A stretch of 64,000 nt of DNA from Welwitschia mirabilis (taxonomy: Eukaryota). The stretch spans positions 35,426,018 to 35,490,017 of the forward strand of contig JBOZIK010000001.1 in the NCBI GenBank assembly GCA_051453625.1, read 5' to 3'. Position numbers and translations under genes: made by a program. Below the pieces are notes generated by a model. The model was not told where the DNA came from. It made no database searches and saw only the letters and a program-made list of their open reading frames with translations. Positions 1 through 13,658 of this stretch are shown piece after piece (position 1 is the first letter of the stretch; every line of letters begins with the position of its first letter).

Positions 1-526
1 CCCTATGGTTTATGCTATATCTGATTAAGTGAAAGATTTTTTAGTAATATAGATGATGATGGTAATCTTTGTTAAGTTTGACATAATTAGTCTAGGTACA
101 TTGTATTTCCTTTACTTTATTAACTTTGCATTATTTTTCATATTTTGTTCAACATTCCTGATAGTTTACATTGGTCTTAATCTATAATGGCTTTTTGTAA
201 TTGATCTAGGTTATACAGGGTCGATCTCCATGATAGCTCGATTTGGTAGTTAAATAGAAATTACATTTACATTAGACTTGCATTTCATTTTCATAGTGTA
301 TTTGTATTAGTATTTCTATGTTGTTATTTATTTCTTCTTTAAGGATACAAGGTGTTTTATTTCCAAAATAAATTCTCTTTATTCTTGCCTACACCTTCAA
401 TGAGAATATGACATTTGGACCACTTCCATCTATATTAATATGTTCTATTATGTAAAATCTATATTTATTAATAAATAATAGGATCTGCTTGAGAATGTAA
501 TGTTTGCATAAATACATAGTGCAACA
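1..526 (+). repeat. 5' LTR (3' portion) of the Athila-like element
   Basis: Ends ...GCAACA immediately before the PBS; homologous to 18751-19277. Confidence 0.88.
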
Positions 527-529
527 TCT

Positions 530-547
530 TGGTGCCATTACCGAGGA
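530..547 (+). promoter_or_regulatory. Primer-binding site, tRNA-Asp type
   Basis: TGGTGCCATTACCGAGGA differs from the Athila PBS TGGCGCCGTTGCCGGGGA only by C>T/G>A transitions. Confidence 0.85.
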
Positions 548-970
548 AGGCTGCTTAGAGTTTGAGGATTATTATTACTCAAGTGGGTGCTTTGGATTTT
601 AGTTCCAGTATTTACCTATAGTAGTACTATATTTTTATAGTAGAAACATTGGTTTTTTTTTGCAACTTTCATTTTGCATTCTAAAATAAACACTTTGTCA
701 TCTACTTCATCAACTAGATGATGCATGGTGATGATGGCCTATTTGCCTTAAGTTTTTTACTTTATTAAGAATTAGGGTTTTTCTGTCATCCTGTTTATTG
801 TCTAGATGACTTAGATGAATGACACTCTATTTTTAGTATCTGTTATTTTGTGATTCTGTTTTTCTATGATTTTCATTTCAGTTTTTTGTGTAAGTTCTGT
901 CACCCCCATATATCATTTGGATGACCATAGAGGCAATGCACACTAAAACAAGAACTGAGCATGCTAGGAC

Positions 971-2800
971 ATGGTAAAGTCTACTAAGAAGATGAAATAT
1001 TAAAGAGAGTGACTATTCATTAAAGAAAACATCAAAGAAGATTTAATAAATTACAAACTTAAGTGAGGTATGCATACCACAAGAACATAAAATACTTCAA
1101 AAATTTATCAAGAAGAAATTTCTTCATTTATTACTTCAAAATCTGATTTTTTAAAAGAAAATTTTTTAGAAGATTATTTAGAAGAAAATTGTTTTATTAA
1201 TATGTCAAATACATTAAAAAAACAAAAGTAGGTTTCTTTATCTAATCCCCTTATTGTTATCGGAATCTCTACTACTATACCCATAAATCCTAATGCTAAT
1301 GTCACCCTTAGAGAACTTATAGTAAATAAGAAACATAAAATCCAAACCCCTTTTGACCTACCTCTTGGTGTCGATATTNNNNNNNNNNNNNNNNNNNNNN
1401 NNNNNNNNNNNNNNNNNNNNNNNNNNNNNNNNNNNNNNNNNNNNNNNNNNNNNNNNNNNNNNNNNNNNNNNNNNNNNNTCACCCTTAGAGAACTTATAGT
1501 AAATAAGAAACATAAAATCCAAACCCCTTTTGACCTACCTCTTGGTGTCGATATTGAATTAAGAAATTTAAACACCCATCCTATTTTTAATGGAGAAAAC
1601 AATAAAAATCCCTTTTAATATGTAGCCAACATCAAACAATTAGTTGTTACTTCCATAAATGGTAAAAAACAAATTAATGACCATACTTATATGGTTGTTT
1701 TTCTCATCACTTTAAAGGAAAAAGCTAAAGTATAATTAAGAACTATTTCACATAAAAGTTTAAAAACATGAAATCTAGTTCAAGAAGCATTTATAAAGAG
1801 TATTATGAGTGAAACAACTATAAGAAAAAGAAAGAAAGAAGTAACTAACTTCCAACAACAACCTAACAAAGATTATGCCTCTACCTATGAGCAAGTTTTT
1901 GTTGTGTTACATTCTAATCCTATAGATACTTTTTATCAAGAAGACTCATAGATTACTTTTATGGTGTACTTAATAGTAAATAAAAGCAACTTGTTGATTT
2001 TTTATATGAAGGAAGCTTAATGAATCTCACATTAGAGAATGCATGGAGAGCATTGGAAGAATTAGTAGAAGTAAATCAGACATGATCTAAATCCTCATCT
2101 AAATAAAATCATACAATACCTAAATTATAAAAGACCAAAAGAAAATGGGAAAGTAAAAACAAAGAAACAAACAATGAATGTTATTAAGGATTTCACTACA
2201 ACACTAAAAAAAAAAACACTCAAATTATCTTAGATGCTAATGTAATAACTGAAAAGAGTATGGTTGTAGTTCCAAATTGTAATTTATGTGAAAATAACTA
2301 TCATAAAACAAAATATTATCCTTTACTATTAATCTATAAAGAAAAGATTTATGAAGAGGTATGTGCATTTATCTAGAGATCTTCAAACTTTAGAAACCAA
2401 AAGTAAAATCAAAATCAAAATCAAAATCAAAATCAAAATTAATTTTAACCTAAGATTAATTGACAACCAAATTTTCAATCTTTTGAGAATAGATTTAAGA
2501 ACTTTTAAGAAATCATCCTAATTTCTAACAATTTAGAAATAGATTTGAGAATGCAAAATTTAAATCAAATAGCTCTAATTATCAAGGAAGCACACTGAAT
2601 TCATAAAATCAGAATGATCCACTTAGAAATTCCATTGATTAATTAAGAAAATATAAAGAGAAAACAAATTTAAACATTAAAAATTTTGTTAATGTTATAC
2701 AATAAACTATGCTTACTAATCAAAGATCACAGGGTTACTTACAACACAACTTTTACCAAACCCTAATAAAGTTAAGAAAGATTCTAAGGTTGTGAAAAAA
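971..2800 (+). pseudogene. gag: gag relic
   Basis: Motifs HPIFNGENNKNPF (~1576) and VFLITLKEKAKV*L..ISHKSLKT*NLVQEAF (Retrotrans_gag-like, ~1700-1795). Degenerate zinc knuckle CNLCENNYHKTKYYP (~2278). (CAAAAT)n Gln-Asn run at ~2405-2440. Many stops; boundaries approximate. Confidence 0.8.
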
Positions 2801-3189
2801 CGTGAAAATAATACAATATCTTTTACCTAAGAGGTTTCAACATCCCAAAATGATAAAAATAATAAAGAAAAAGAGGATATCAAAATCTTATAAAATCATA
2901 ATTTCCCTTCTCCTTTAAATGATGATAACAAAAATCCTTTTCAAAATAAAGGCAAGAAACCTATTACCCCTTGGCTTGATAGATTGAATACTAATCCTAT
3001 GTTTGATGAACATTTTAAAGATTTAATGCAAAATCTAAGTATAAATTTACCATTTTTGAAACTTTTGAAATATAATTTTAAATATTTTAAGTTATGGAAA
3101 GATTTGATTAGAAGTAAATAAAAATCAACTATACCTAGTAAAGTCTTCCTAGCCTAATCTGTAACCAACTTAGTCTTACAAAAATGTTC

Positions 3190-3560
3190 AAATTTTAAGG
3201 AACTAGGGACAGAAACTACTAGTGTTACTTTAGAAGGGAGTAAAAGGATAAACAAATCTTTAATTGATATAGGATCAAGTGTTAATATTATGCCTTTACA
3301 TATTTCTCAGTGTTTGAGGTTGGGAAGTAGAATTGAATCTATAAGGATTATCTTAAAATTAGCAGATACATCATTAAAGAAAACTTTAGGCATGATTAAA
3401 AACTTAGTGATTTAAATAGAAGCATCATTTTATCATATATGTATGGTTGTGATTGAAGGTGAGCATAATAAAGGTTATCCATTACTTCTAGCTAGAGCTT
3501 TTTGTGTAATAGCCCATTGTAGTATCGATACTAGAACTGTTATGATGGAATGTCACTTAG
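3190..3560 (+). pseudogene. Aspartic protease relic
   Basis: SLIDIGSSVNIMPL (catalytic D at 3266) and PLLLARAF match the Athila-type ALxDLGASVNLMP and PIILGRPF motifs. Confidence 0.85.
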
Positions 3561-3959
3561 AAAATAAGAAATTTAAAATTATAGTATCTGATACTTCTAG
3601 AAAGAATTTAGATGATGAGTTAAATGTTAAAGAATAAATTAAACCTAGTTTATTTTTACAGCATTGTCTACTTGAAGAAAGATGGTCAATGCTTCATAAG
3701 ACAACTTTGTTTGATAATCTATGGAAGTAGAAAACTTGAAAGCTTTCGATGATGATCAACTTAATTATAAACATTTAGGAACTGACTATTTTAGTCAAGA
3801 GAGTAGAACGATTAAAACTATAAACTATGTAAAAGTCCAAAATCTAAACAAAACTAAGATTTCTTATTTTGAGGAGATCATCCACTACTACCTTCTGGAT
3901 AACAATATGAGATGACAATCAATTTTGATAAAAATTTAATAAAAAATAAAAATATGAAT

Positions 3960-6607
3960 TTAAATCTAAAATATTTTCCTAGTGGACTAAAATATATCTT
4001 TGTATGTAATGATTAGAATAAATCTTTAATAATAAATGAGAAACTTTCCCCTCAAGAAGAGTCAATTTTAATCTTACTTTTAAAATTTAAGGTTAATGCA
4101 TTTGATTTATTCTATAAAGATTTAATAGCCATTCCTACCTCAATTATTCAATGTAAAATCGACCTTGAGGATAATGCAAAACCTGTTAGGCAACCCTAAC
4201 ATAGACTAAATCCAGTCTTAAACAAGTCATAAAAGATGAAATCATTAAATTTATGGTTGATAGAATTATTTATGCTATAGTTGATAGTGAATGGGTTAGT
4301 CCTTTAACGGTAGTGACTAAGAAAGATGGGAAATGGAGGACGTGTATTGATTTTATAAAATTAAATGAAGTAACTAAGAAAGACCATTGCCCTTTATCTT
4401 TCCTCTATCAGATACTCAATAGAATTTAAGGACATGATTTTTATTATTTTCTTGATGGCTATAGTAGTTAAATAGGATTTGTATTGCTAGTGAGGATCAT
4501 GCTAAAACTACTTTTACTTTACCTTTTAGAACTTTTGCTTTTAGATGTATGCCTTTTGAACTTTACAATGCTTCTAATACTTTTTAACATGCAATGATGT
4601 GTATTTTTCCTAATATGTTAGAGGATTTAATAAAAATTTTTATGGATGACTTCTCAATATATGATGAAAGATTTGAACAAATCTTAGAAAGGTTAAAGAA
4701 AGTCCTTGATAGATGCATTACTAGTGGCCTAAATATGAGTTAGAAGAAAAGATTCTTTTTAGTTAATAGTGTAATTATATTAGTTCATCACATATCTGAC
4801 AAGGGAATTAGAATGCACCCTGAAAAAGTTAGTATCATTAAAACCCTAATTCCTTTAACCAATGTAAAACAAGTTCTATCTTTTCTTAGTTATTGTGGTT
4901 TTTATTGTTTATTTATTCAATATTATGCAAAAATTTATAAACCCCTTTACTCATTACTTAAAAAAAATCTAAATTTGATTGACATGAATCTTGTTAGCTT
5001 ACTTATGACAAACTTAAAGATAAATCTCTTCCACTCCTATTGTAACGGGACCCGATTAGAATAAAGATTCTAAGGTAATATGTGATGCTAGCAATATTTT
5101 CATGGATGGGATGCTTAGAAAAAAATATGAAAACAATTTTAAAGTTATATCTTATCATAGTAAAACGTTCTTTAAATCTCAAGTGAATCATACTACTATA
5201 GAAAAAGAAAATATTAGCAATTATCTTTTACCTTGATACACTTATATGTTAGGCTCTTATATGAATGTTTGTACCGATCATGTAGTGGTTAGATACCTCA
5301 TAATTAAGAAAGATTTTATTGCTATACTTATTAGATTAATACTCCTCATATAAGAATTTAATTTAACCATTATTAATAAAGCAGAAAAATATAATAGTGT
5401 AGCAGATCATTTATCACATCTTTATTCCTCTCTTAATGATCTTATAGTTAATGAATCTTTTCTAGATGAACAATGTTTTGTTATATCTTTTACTCATCCT
5501 TCTCCTTGGTATGTTAATATTATTAATTATCTTATTACTATGAAAACATTACAACATTAGACTTATGATTAACTAAAATACTTTCTCCATAGAATAGGTG
5601 ATCATGAATGGATAGGACCACATCTTTATTATAGATGTAAAGATAAAATCATGTGAAAATGTGTGTTTAAATAAAAAAAATCTAAAATCCTTTATCTTTG
5701 CCATGGTGGTATTTGTAGGGATCATTTTAGTTGATAAAAAATAGTTATCAAAATCCTTCACTCTAGTTTTTATTAGCCTACTCTTTTTTAGGTCTCTTTT
5801 GATTTTGCTAGAAGGTGTGATGCTTATCAACATTATGGTATTCTTATTCATTCTCAAGAAATTTCCTTTAAACCTATTCTTGAATATAAACATTTTAATT
5901 ATGAGGAAATTGATTTTATATGCCCTATTAAACCACCTTATAATGATACGAACTATACTTTAGTGGCTATTGATTATGTTACTAAATGGGTTGAAGCTAT
6001 TACTACTTCTATGAATGATGCCCAAATTATTTGTATTTTCTTAGAACTAATGTTTTTAAAAATTTTTATTTTCCTAGGATTATCATTAGTGATCAAAAAA
6101 CTCGTTTTATTAATGAACTTGTTAGAAAACTTCTTTTATCCATTAGAATTAAATATAGAGTAGCATAAGCTAAAAAATGAAAATAGAGAAATTAAGAAAA
6201 TGCTGCAAAAATGTATCTCTATTAATAAGAAATCTTGGACTTTTAAGCTTAAAGATATTCTTTGAGCTTACTATACTATTTTATGTAACTCTCTTACTTT
6301 TTCACCTTATGAACTTGTATAGGGAAAAGTTTGTGTTTTACCTATTAATGTGTGTTATAACTCTTTTCTTTCTTCTCATCAACTTAACCTTGTAGACGTT
6401 AATGAAGAATATTAAACAAAGATTATCCTATATTGATCACCTAGATGAAAAATGTACTTATGCAATACATTATCAGCTAATTCTCAAAGCCTAAGCTAAG
6501 TTTAAACATAATAGAAAGTTACTTCATAAGAATTTTAAACCTTGTCAACTTGTCCTTTTATACAATATTAGAGTACATCTTTTACATAACAAGTTGACCT
6601 CTAAATG
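3960..6607 (+). pseudogene. pol: pol relic copy 1 (RT-RNase H-integrase)
   Basis: RT: AKPVRQP*HRLNP, IIYAIVDSEWVSPLTVVTKKDGKWRTCIDF, FMDDFS (~4639). RH: CDAS, TDH, ADHLS. INT: CH..C..HF, CDAYQ, VAIDYVTKWVEA, PRIIISDQ. Truncated by a gap. Confidence 0.93.
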
Positions 6608-6707
6608 NNNNNNNNNNNNNNNNNNNNNNNNNNNNNNNNNNNNNNNNNNNNNNNNNNNNNNNNNNNNNNNNNNNNNNNNNNNNNNNNNNNNNNNNNNNNN
6701 NNNNNNN

Positions 6708-9700
6708 AAAATTTAATAAACAAATAAAATATCAATTTAAATCTGAAACCATTACCTAGTGGACTAAAATATATCTTTCTGTGTAATGATCAATATAAAG
6801 ACTTAATAATAAACGAGAATATTTTTCATCAATAAGATTCAATTTTAATCTCAATTTTAAAATCTAAGGTTAGTGCATTTGCTTGGTCCCATAAAGATTT
6901 AATAGTCATTCCTACCTCTATTGTTCAACATAAAATCTACCTTAAGGATAATGCAAAACTTGTTAGGCAACCCTAATGTAAATTAAATCTAACCCTTAAA
7001 CAAGTTGTAAAAGATAAAATCATTAAATTAATGAATTCTAGAATTATTTATGCCATATCTAATACTGAGTGGGTTAGCCCTTTAATGGTAGTATCTAAAA
7101 AATATGGAAAATGGAGAAAGAGTATTAATTTTAAAAAACTAAATAAAGTAATTAATAAAGACCATTGTCTTTTACCTTTCCTTAACCAGATACTTAATAG
7201 AATCCAAGGAAATGCCTTTTATTACTTTATTAATGGGTAAAGTGGTTAAAATTAGGTTTGTATCACTAGTAAGGATTAAGCTAAAATAAATTTCGCTTTA
7301 CTTTTTAGAACATTTATCTTTATATTTATGCATTTTAGACTTTGTAATTATCCTAGTACTTTTTAACATACAATGATGAGTATTTTTTCTAATATGTTAG
7401 AGGATTTAATTAAAAATTTTATGTATGACTTCTTAATCTATGGTAAAACCTTCAAACAAATCTTAGAAAGATTAGAGAAAGTTCTTAATAGATGCATTAT
7501 CAGTGGTCTACATTTAAGCTAAGAGAAAAATTTCTTTTTAGTTGATAGGAGAATTGTTTTAGGTCACTACATTTTTGATAAAGGAGTTAGAATAAACCTT
7601 TAAAGCATTAGTATCATAAAAAATTAAACTTCTCCAACAAATGTAAAATTAGTTCAATCCTTCCTTGATCATTGTGATTTTTATCATTACTTTATTCAAG
7701 ATTATGCAAAAATTTGTAAACCCAAGATTATGCAAAAATTTGTAAACCCTTTAACTCATTACTTGAACAAGAAGATAAATTTGATTGGAATAAATCTTTT
7801 CAGCTTGATTTGATACACTTAAAGATAAAATCTCTTCTGCTGCTATTGTAATAGGACCCAAGTAGAATAAGTATTTTGAGCTAATGTGTGTTATTAATAT
7901 TGCCATGGATGGATTTCTTGGACAAAAATATGAAAATGATTTTAAAGTTATATCTTATCATAGTAAAACTTTGTCTAAAGATTAAATGAATTACACTACT
8001 ATAGAAAAATAAATGTTAGCAATTATCTTTTACCTTGATATACTTAGACATTATCTTTTAGGCTTTTATATGAATGTTTATACAGATCATGTAGCAATTA
8101 GATATCTCATGACTAAGAAAGATTCTAGTGCTAGACTTATTAGATGGATTTGCCTCATGTAAGAATTTAATTTAACCATTATTAATATATGTATTTAAGA
8201 ACTTTTTCTTTTAATAATAATGTGGTAGTTTGAAATTCGCTAATAAGTTGTTCCAATTCTACATATTAGTGAGTATAGAAAATCATTTTTCATGCCTTTC
8301 TTCCTCTCTTGATGATCTTATGATTAATGATTCTTTTTTAGATAAGCCACTTTTTGCCATATCTTCTACTCATCCTCCCTCTTGGTATGCTGATATTGTT
8401 AAGTACCTTATTACTATGAAAACACCACAACATTAAACTTATAATTAAAGAAAATCCTTTCTCCATAGAATCAGTAATTATAAATGGATAGAGCCATATC
8501 TTTATTGTAGGTGTAAAGACTAAATCATGTGAAAATGTATTCCTAAATGGGAAAAATCTAACATCCTTTATCTTTTTCATGGTGATGTTTGTGAAGGTCA
8601 TTTTAGTGGATAGAAAACAACTATAAAAATCTTTCACTCTAGTTTTTATTGGCCTACTCTTTTTCAGGATTCTTTTGATTTTACTAGAAGGTGTGATACT
8701 TATTAATGTGATGGTAGCCTTATTTGTTCTTAAGAAATGCCACTTGAATCTATTCTTGAATGTGAACCTTTTAATTATCAGATAATTAATTTTATAGGTC
8801 CTATTAAACCATCTTTTAATGATAAGAACTATACTTTAGTGGCTATTAATTATGGTACTAAATGGATTTAAGATATTTCTACTTCTATGAATGATGTCCA
8901 AACTATTTGTACTTTCCTTAAAACTCATATTTTTTAATGTTTTGGCTTTTCTAGGATTATCATTAGTGATAAAATAACTCATTTTATTAATTAACTATTT
9001 AGGAAACTTCTTTTATCCATTAAAATAAAACATAGAATAGCTTATACTTATCATCCAAAAACTAGTGGTTAAGCTGAAAATGCAAATAGATAAATTAATA
9101 AAATGCAATAAAAACTTGTCTTTATTAATAAGAAATCTTGGACTTATAATCTTAATGATGTTATTTGGGCTTACTGTACCACTTGGTGTAATTATCATGG
9201 TTTTTTACCTTATGAATTTGTATATGGAAAAGTTTATATTTTATTTATTGATGTATGTTATAACTCTTATTATTCTTCTCATTAACTTAATCTTATAAAC
9301 CTTTATGAGAATTTTAAACATAGATTAGTCTAAATTGATCATCTAAATGAAAACATACTCATACTATACATCTTCAACTAGTTCAAAAAGCCCAAGCTAA
9401 CTTTAAACATGATGGAAAGTTACTTTATAAAAAGTTTGAACGTGGTTAACTTATCCTTTTATATAATACTAGAGTACATATTTTACATAATAAGTTGACC
9501 TATAAATAATTAGGTCCTTATCTTATAGAGAAAGTACATTCTAATGGCCCTATTAAGATTTCTAACTTAGAAACTAAAGAGATCCAGGAAGTTAATGGAT
9601 ACAGATTGAAAACATATAAAAAATCTTTTGATGCAATCTTAAACATGGTAGAATAAATTATTTTGAAGGTTTTTCTTATTGAGGAAAACTTCTACCCTAT

Positions 9701-9710
9701 CATTATCTAA
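6708..9710 (+). pseudogene. pol: pol relic copy 2 (RT-RNase H-integrase with C-terminal GPY motif)
   Basis: Repeats ~3930-6607 (ORF IIYAISNTEWVSPLMVVSKKYGKWR). Ends with GPYLIEKVHSNG...VNGYRLKTY. Contains a 26-bp tandem duplication at 7697-7748. Confidence 0.92.
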
Positions 9711-12700
9711 ATTCTCTCTTAGCATATTCCTTTGGTGGATTTTATGATGTCATTTGATCATCTTTTAAACTTGACTTATGTATTGCTTTATGAAGTTTTC
9801 ATAACTAGCATTTGTATTTGGGCTTTATATAGTAATTAGATTGAATTTTCTTAATATTCAAACATTCCCATGTCTATGAACTTCACTTTAAAGGAATATG
9901 CCTTAGTTCTTGTGCTTTTTTTCAATGGTATAAAGTCTTTACTTATTTAAATATGTTTATTTTTGTCTTTTATCTCACTTATTCACCTTTATCTTTTTGA
10001 GTGTGTGATCATGTGGGAATTATTTGTGTTATTTTGAGGGGAAAAAGAGAGCAAGAAAGAGAAAGAAAAAAATGACCATAATCTATTGTATTTATGCTAA
10101 AAATACATGGTCACCTTGATGTCCTACCACATTAGGGTAAATTTTTCCAAAATGAGCCTTTGGTAGTGTTGGTAGTTGTGGGAACCCTCCTTGAGGGTCA
10201 ATTGGCCATGTTTCATGGATTCTCACTTCTCTAACTGTGGCTATACTCCCCTCATTATGAAAAAGATGTAATAAACTTTGAGGCTATAGGATCAATAATG
10301 TCCTTATTGTCCTTAGAGGCATTACTTATTTCTTAGACTCTTAGTATTCCTACATGATCATTTTACTTTTAAGGATTTAGGTGTATTTTGAGGTGTGAGT
10401 AAGTGAGTCCATTTTTGAGTAGCTTTTAATANNNNNNNNNNNNNNNNNNNNNNNNNNNNNNNNNNNNNNNNNNNNNNNNNNNNNNNNNNNNNNNNNNNNN
10501 NNNNNNNNNNNNNNNNNNNNNNNNNNNNNNNCTTCTCTCTTAGCTTATTCCTTTGGTGGATGTTATGATGTCATTTGATCATCTTTTAAACTTGACTTAT
10601 GTGTTGCTTTATGAAGTTTTCATAACTAGTATTTGTATTTGGGCTTTATATAGTAATTAGATTGAATTTTCTTAATCTTCAAACATTCCCATGTCTATAA
10701 CTTCACTTTAAAGGAAGATGCCTTAGTTCTTGCACTTTTTTTTTTCAATGGTATAAGGTCTTTACTTATTTAAATGTGTTTATTTTTGTCTTTTATCTCA
10801 CTTATTCACCTTTATCTTTTTGAGTGTGTGATTATGTGGGAATTATTTGTGTTGTTTTGGGGAAAAAAAAGAGAGGGAGAGAAAGAAAAAGAAAAAAATG
10901 ATCATAATCTATTGTATTTATGCTAAAAAATACATGGTCACCTTGATGTCCTATCACACTAGGGTAATTTTTTCCAAAAGGAGCCTTTGGCAATGTTGGT
11001 AGCCATGGGAATCCTTCTTGAGGGTCAATTGGCCATGTTTCGTGGGTCCTGACTTCTCTAACTATGGCTATACTCCCCTCATTATGGAAAAGATGTAATA
11101 AAATTTGAGGCTATAGGATCAATAATGTCCTTGTTATCCTCAGAGGCATTACTTATTTCCTAAACTCTTAGTATTCCTACATGATCATTTTACTTTTGAG
11201 GATTTAGGTGTGTTTTGAGGTGTGAGTAAGTGAGTCCATTTTTGAGTAGCTTTTAATATTATCATTTATTGTTCTAAGTACTTGATCTTTAGTGTCATCA
11301 TAATTACTATCTTTCTAAATGAAACTTTATGAAGTTGCTATATGTTATCATGCATTTTTACTTAGGTAGTTTTATGATATCTTTCACAAGGGTTTTCTAG
11401 GTTATAATTTAAGATAGGTAAGCTATCTTCTTCATATTCCTTGTGTCCATTTTTGTTTTAATTTTCTTTGGTTTTTTAGTTTGTTATTTCAAAGTCATTT
11501 TTGTACTTTTTCATTTTCACATAGGACCTTATTATTTAGTAGTTTCCTTATTATTATTTATGGTGTTTCTTTCAATATCATGTTAAATTTTTAATTCAAT
11601 AATAATATTTTATACTTCATGATTTTTATGACATTCCTTTGTATTTTTTTGAGTTCTACACTTTTTATTATTTATTTTTTAATTTGACTACATTTTTTTA
11701 GTCTTCTTTGTCAGGTTTCAACCTACTTAGTATGTTTTCATTAGCCTATTTTTCATTTATTTTGAGTTTTTCTCATCCTCCTGATTTGTCATGACTCTTC
11801 ATCATTCCCTCTTTTTCAAAATTTTTTGATACATTCTATTACCTTCACACTAATATCTAAGCCTAACTTACTTGACTTATTTTTTTTTTAACAAATTTTT
11901 TCAAATCCCGTTGTCCACCTGATCATCTAAACAATAAGGGGAATAACACTGAGATTTTTTGGACAATTGTTTTAGGGCTATTGTCTAAAAAATTTGACCA
12001 AATAACAGTGCGATAAAACTATGGCATCCATTTTTTTCCTCATTTTTATTCCATTCTTTATTATTTCTACCCATTCTCTTGAGAGACAATAGTACCCCTA
12101 TTCCCTATTGATGTGCTAGAACTTATACTTGCTAATTTTGATTACCAAATCTCTCAATTTTTGTAAATTTTCAAAAATGAGGTATGTTTTTCTTTCCTTC
12201 ATTTTTTTCCATTTTTCCTCTTGTTTCTTAANNNNNNNNNNNNNNNNNNNNNNNNNNNNNNNNNNNNNNNNNNNNNNNNNNNNNNNNNNNNNNNNNNNNN
12301 NNNNNNNNNNNNNNNNNNNNNNNNNNNNNNNATTTTTGAGTAGCTTTTAATATTATCATTTATTGTTCTAAGTACTTGATCTTTAGTGTCATCATAATTA
12401 CTATCTTTTTAAATGGATCTTTATGAAGTTGCTATATGTTATCATGCATTTTTACTTAGGTAGCTTTATGATATCTTTCATAAGGTTTGCTAGGTTATAA
12501 TTTAAGATAGGTAAGCTATCTTCTTCATATTCCTTGTTTCCATTTTTGTTTTAATTTTCTTTAGTTTTTTAGTTTGTTATTTTAAAGTCATTTTTGTACT
12601 TTCTTATTTTCACATAGGACCTTACTAATTTGTAGTTTCCTTATTATTATTTATGGTGTTTCTTTCAATATCATGTTAACTTTTTAATTCAATAATAATA

Positions 12701-13658
12701 TTTTATACTTCATGATTTTTATGAGATTTCTTTGTATTTTTTTGGAGTTCTACACTTTTTATTGTTTATTTTTTAGTTTAACTACATTTTTTTGGTCTTC
12801 TTTATCAAGTTTCAACCTACTTAGTATGTTTTCATTAGCCTATTTTTCATTTATTTTGAGGTTTTCTCATCCTCCTGATTTGTCATGACTCTTCATCATT
12901 CCCTCTTTTTTAAAACTTTTTGATACATTCTATCACCTTCACACTAATATCTAAGCCTAACTTACTTGACTAATTTTCTTTTTTAATAACTTTTTTCAAA
13001 TCCCATTGTCCACCTGGTCATTTAAACAATAAGGGGAATGACACTGGGATTTTTTGGATAATTGTTTTAGGGCTATTGTCTAAACAATTTGATTAAACAA
13101 CAGTGTGATAAAATTATGGCATCCATTTTTTTCCTCATTTTTATTCCATTTTTTATTATTTCTACCCATTCTCTTGAGAGACAACAGTACCCATATTTCC
13201 TATTGATGTGCTAGAACTTGTCCTTGTTAATTTTGATTACCAGATCTCTTGATTTTTATAAATTTTCAAAAATGAGGTATGTTTTTTCTCTCCTTCATTT
13301 TTTTCCATTTTTTCTCTTGTTTCTTAACCTTTCAACACATAGTTTCCATGTATGTTATTCCATTTTTCGAGGCTTTTGATTGGGAACTTATGGATTTGAT
13401 TTTTGTTATGTATTTTTAAAGTTATTATTAATTATGCATTTTATGAGATAAAATCAGGTTTTTAAATTTAAAACTCATTTTCTCATAAACTATAAGTGAA
13501 AACATAGTGGTCCTTTAGGGTAAATTGATCAGTATGATATGTTCTAAATTTTTAGCAAATTAGATTTTTCATTTGAGAAATTTTATTTTTCACTTTATGT
13601 GGGGTCCATCTAAAATACAATTTTTACACTTTTTCGCATGTTTCCCATTTTTCTTCAC

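Noticed and set aside
1174..1602. 142-aa ORF with an internal repeat
   Set aside because: It is antisense to gag, and its repeat and length come from a gap-flanking duplication and Ns.
5573..8637. Minus-strand ORFs of ~100 aa (5573-5893, 8338-8637)
   Set aside because: They are antisense shadows of the integrase relics with no independent protein signal.
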